DNA of 64,000 nt. It comes from Euprymna scolopes. Its lineage: Eukaryota. Both the position numbers and the translations under genes were made by a program. Of the stretch, positions 62,598-64,000 are shown in pieces (position 1 is the first letter of the stretch; the number at the start of each line of letters is the position of its first letter). The notes beneath the pieces are model-generated. The model ran no database searches. It was not told the origin of the DNA and saw nothing but the letters and a program-made list of their open reading frames with translations. The stretch is taken from the NCBI GenBank assembly GCA_053919585.1, contig CM132785.1; one strand, written 5' to 3'.

Positions 62598-63008
62598 CTA
62601 TCAACCAAATAAAATTCTAAGTAACAGAAAAAAAATGTGGTATAGATAACAGCCCTATAAAGCTAAAAGAGAATTGACAAGTCTAATATCTTGTTCAGCT
62701 TTTAAGATTTTATTGGTACAACATCGGGTAATTCTATTATTATAGAGCTATTACTTCAAAGTTATTATTTTAAAATGTGTGCAGTACTTTTCAAAATAAT
62801 AATAAAAATTGCAACAGAAAATGCTTTTTTTTAATGGATTAACGATATCAAAAGAAACGTTTAAGAACCTTTCAAAAATATTTAGAACATCATATATTAT
62901 AACTTCTAATTTGATGAGTAAATCTTAAATCTATTTGATGGGTTATATGCATTCTTATTACGCTAGCCGTAGATATTTATTAATATAGACATATGCTAAG
63001 GAATTCCT

Positions 63009-63077
<69 letters not shown>

Positions 63078-64000
63078 GACGGAGAGGGAGGGAAAGAAAG
63101 AGAGGGGGGAGACTAAAGGAAAAAATATTTTAGAATCTATATTTGTTAAAATCAGGCGGTTTCCTCTCAGTCTCGAGAAACAGTGGATACAACCTGTAAC
63201 GATGTTTGTGCAGGACTTGTTTTATTAATGAACGGTTGCACAATCTTCAACCACATCTCTCTTGAACAAGCATTGCTATAGTCTAGTGATAAGGAGATGT
63301 CAAAGGAGAACGGCAACAATATCAGGATAAGTAGAGAACCTTCTCACATACAACACTTGATATTCTTAAATGGTCGCACATTTAGTACTTGACTCCAGTG
63401 ACCTAACAGGAACCCATATGTAAACGGAATCATATCGTATTCAAATAACAAATACAACATTAGATTTATTAATCCTATGCATCCTATGCGTAGATGTAAG
63501 GCAAATTATACACAAAATAAAATTACAATAAAATCATAGCTGTTTAAGCGTAAACAGTTTCTTTGCTCACAACGTAATCAGTAGGAACTTGAATAAAGTG
63601 TATTTTGCGTTCACAAAAGCCATACAGAAGAATAAAATTAAAATTCAGCCATCGTCTTATCACGCATATACGTATAAGCCCGTATAGGTCAGCAGGAAGA
63701 AGCGCATCATATTAACAATGGATATATTATTTTGCTTAAAAGATTAGAAGAATTACCGCGAGATACAAAGATTGCTTATATAAAAATTACTTATAACGAT
63801 GCACCCATAATTCTGATAAAATCTAGACTTGAGAGGAATTATTTATTTTAAACGAGGTGTAGTTATGCTACCGAAAAGTAGGTTATTGACGTCTTAAGAA
63901 TTTCAATTATTTTTTGCACGTAATATTTATATACGTTGGATGTATCATCAAATGTATTTCAAGATATATACTTATATATAAACAAAGATAGATAGATAGA

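Noticed and set aside
713-62604. Reading the 60-120 aa minus-strand ORFs as a tandem family of small independent genes
   Set aside because: Homology begins exactly at an AG acceptor and not at the ORF starts. The N-terminal extensions are unconserved intron sequence, and many copies have no start codon.
63150-63430. GC-richer islands as additional exons (also ~41100-41560, ~46080-46330, ~52580-53540)
   Set aside because: They show no repeat-domain similarity and no matching AG..GT[T/C] phase-1 boundaries. They are probably decayed transposon fragments that I cannot classify.

Overview
AT-rich eukaryotic (animal) genomic DNA. The SINE and microsatellite content suggests a cephalopod or other mollusc, which is an inference. 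The whole window lies inside one minus-strand gene whose start and end fall outside it. I delimited 75 short coding exons by hand (about 11.5 kb spliced, about 3,830 aa). All are AG..GT bounded, a multiple of 3 nt long and phase 1/phase 1 symmetric. 55 exons (174-186 nt) each encode one copy of an unrecognised ~58-62 aa helical domain, consensus roughly [S/T]PexLRxqLrxAikxkDxxxLekxIxEcexxG[YHF]PELxxDlxxARxxLxxlggGxG, in classes A-E. The other 20 exons encode linkers. Exons form a super-repeat: in transcription order C-B-L-A-D in the diverged 5' units (U9-U12, high coordinates) and C-B-L2-E-L1-A-D in the homogeneous 3' units (U1-U8, low coordinates). 74 of 75 donors are non-consensus GT[T/C], and 41 of 75 read G|GT-TAG or G|GT-TAA, so the donor doubles as an in-frame Gly-stop. 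Introns hold two 5S-rRNA-derived SINEs, other SINE/MITE-like remnants, hairpins, (TA)n tracts and two assembly gaps.
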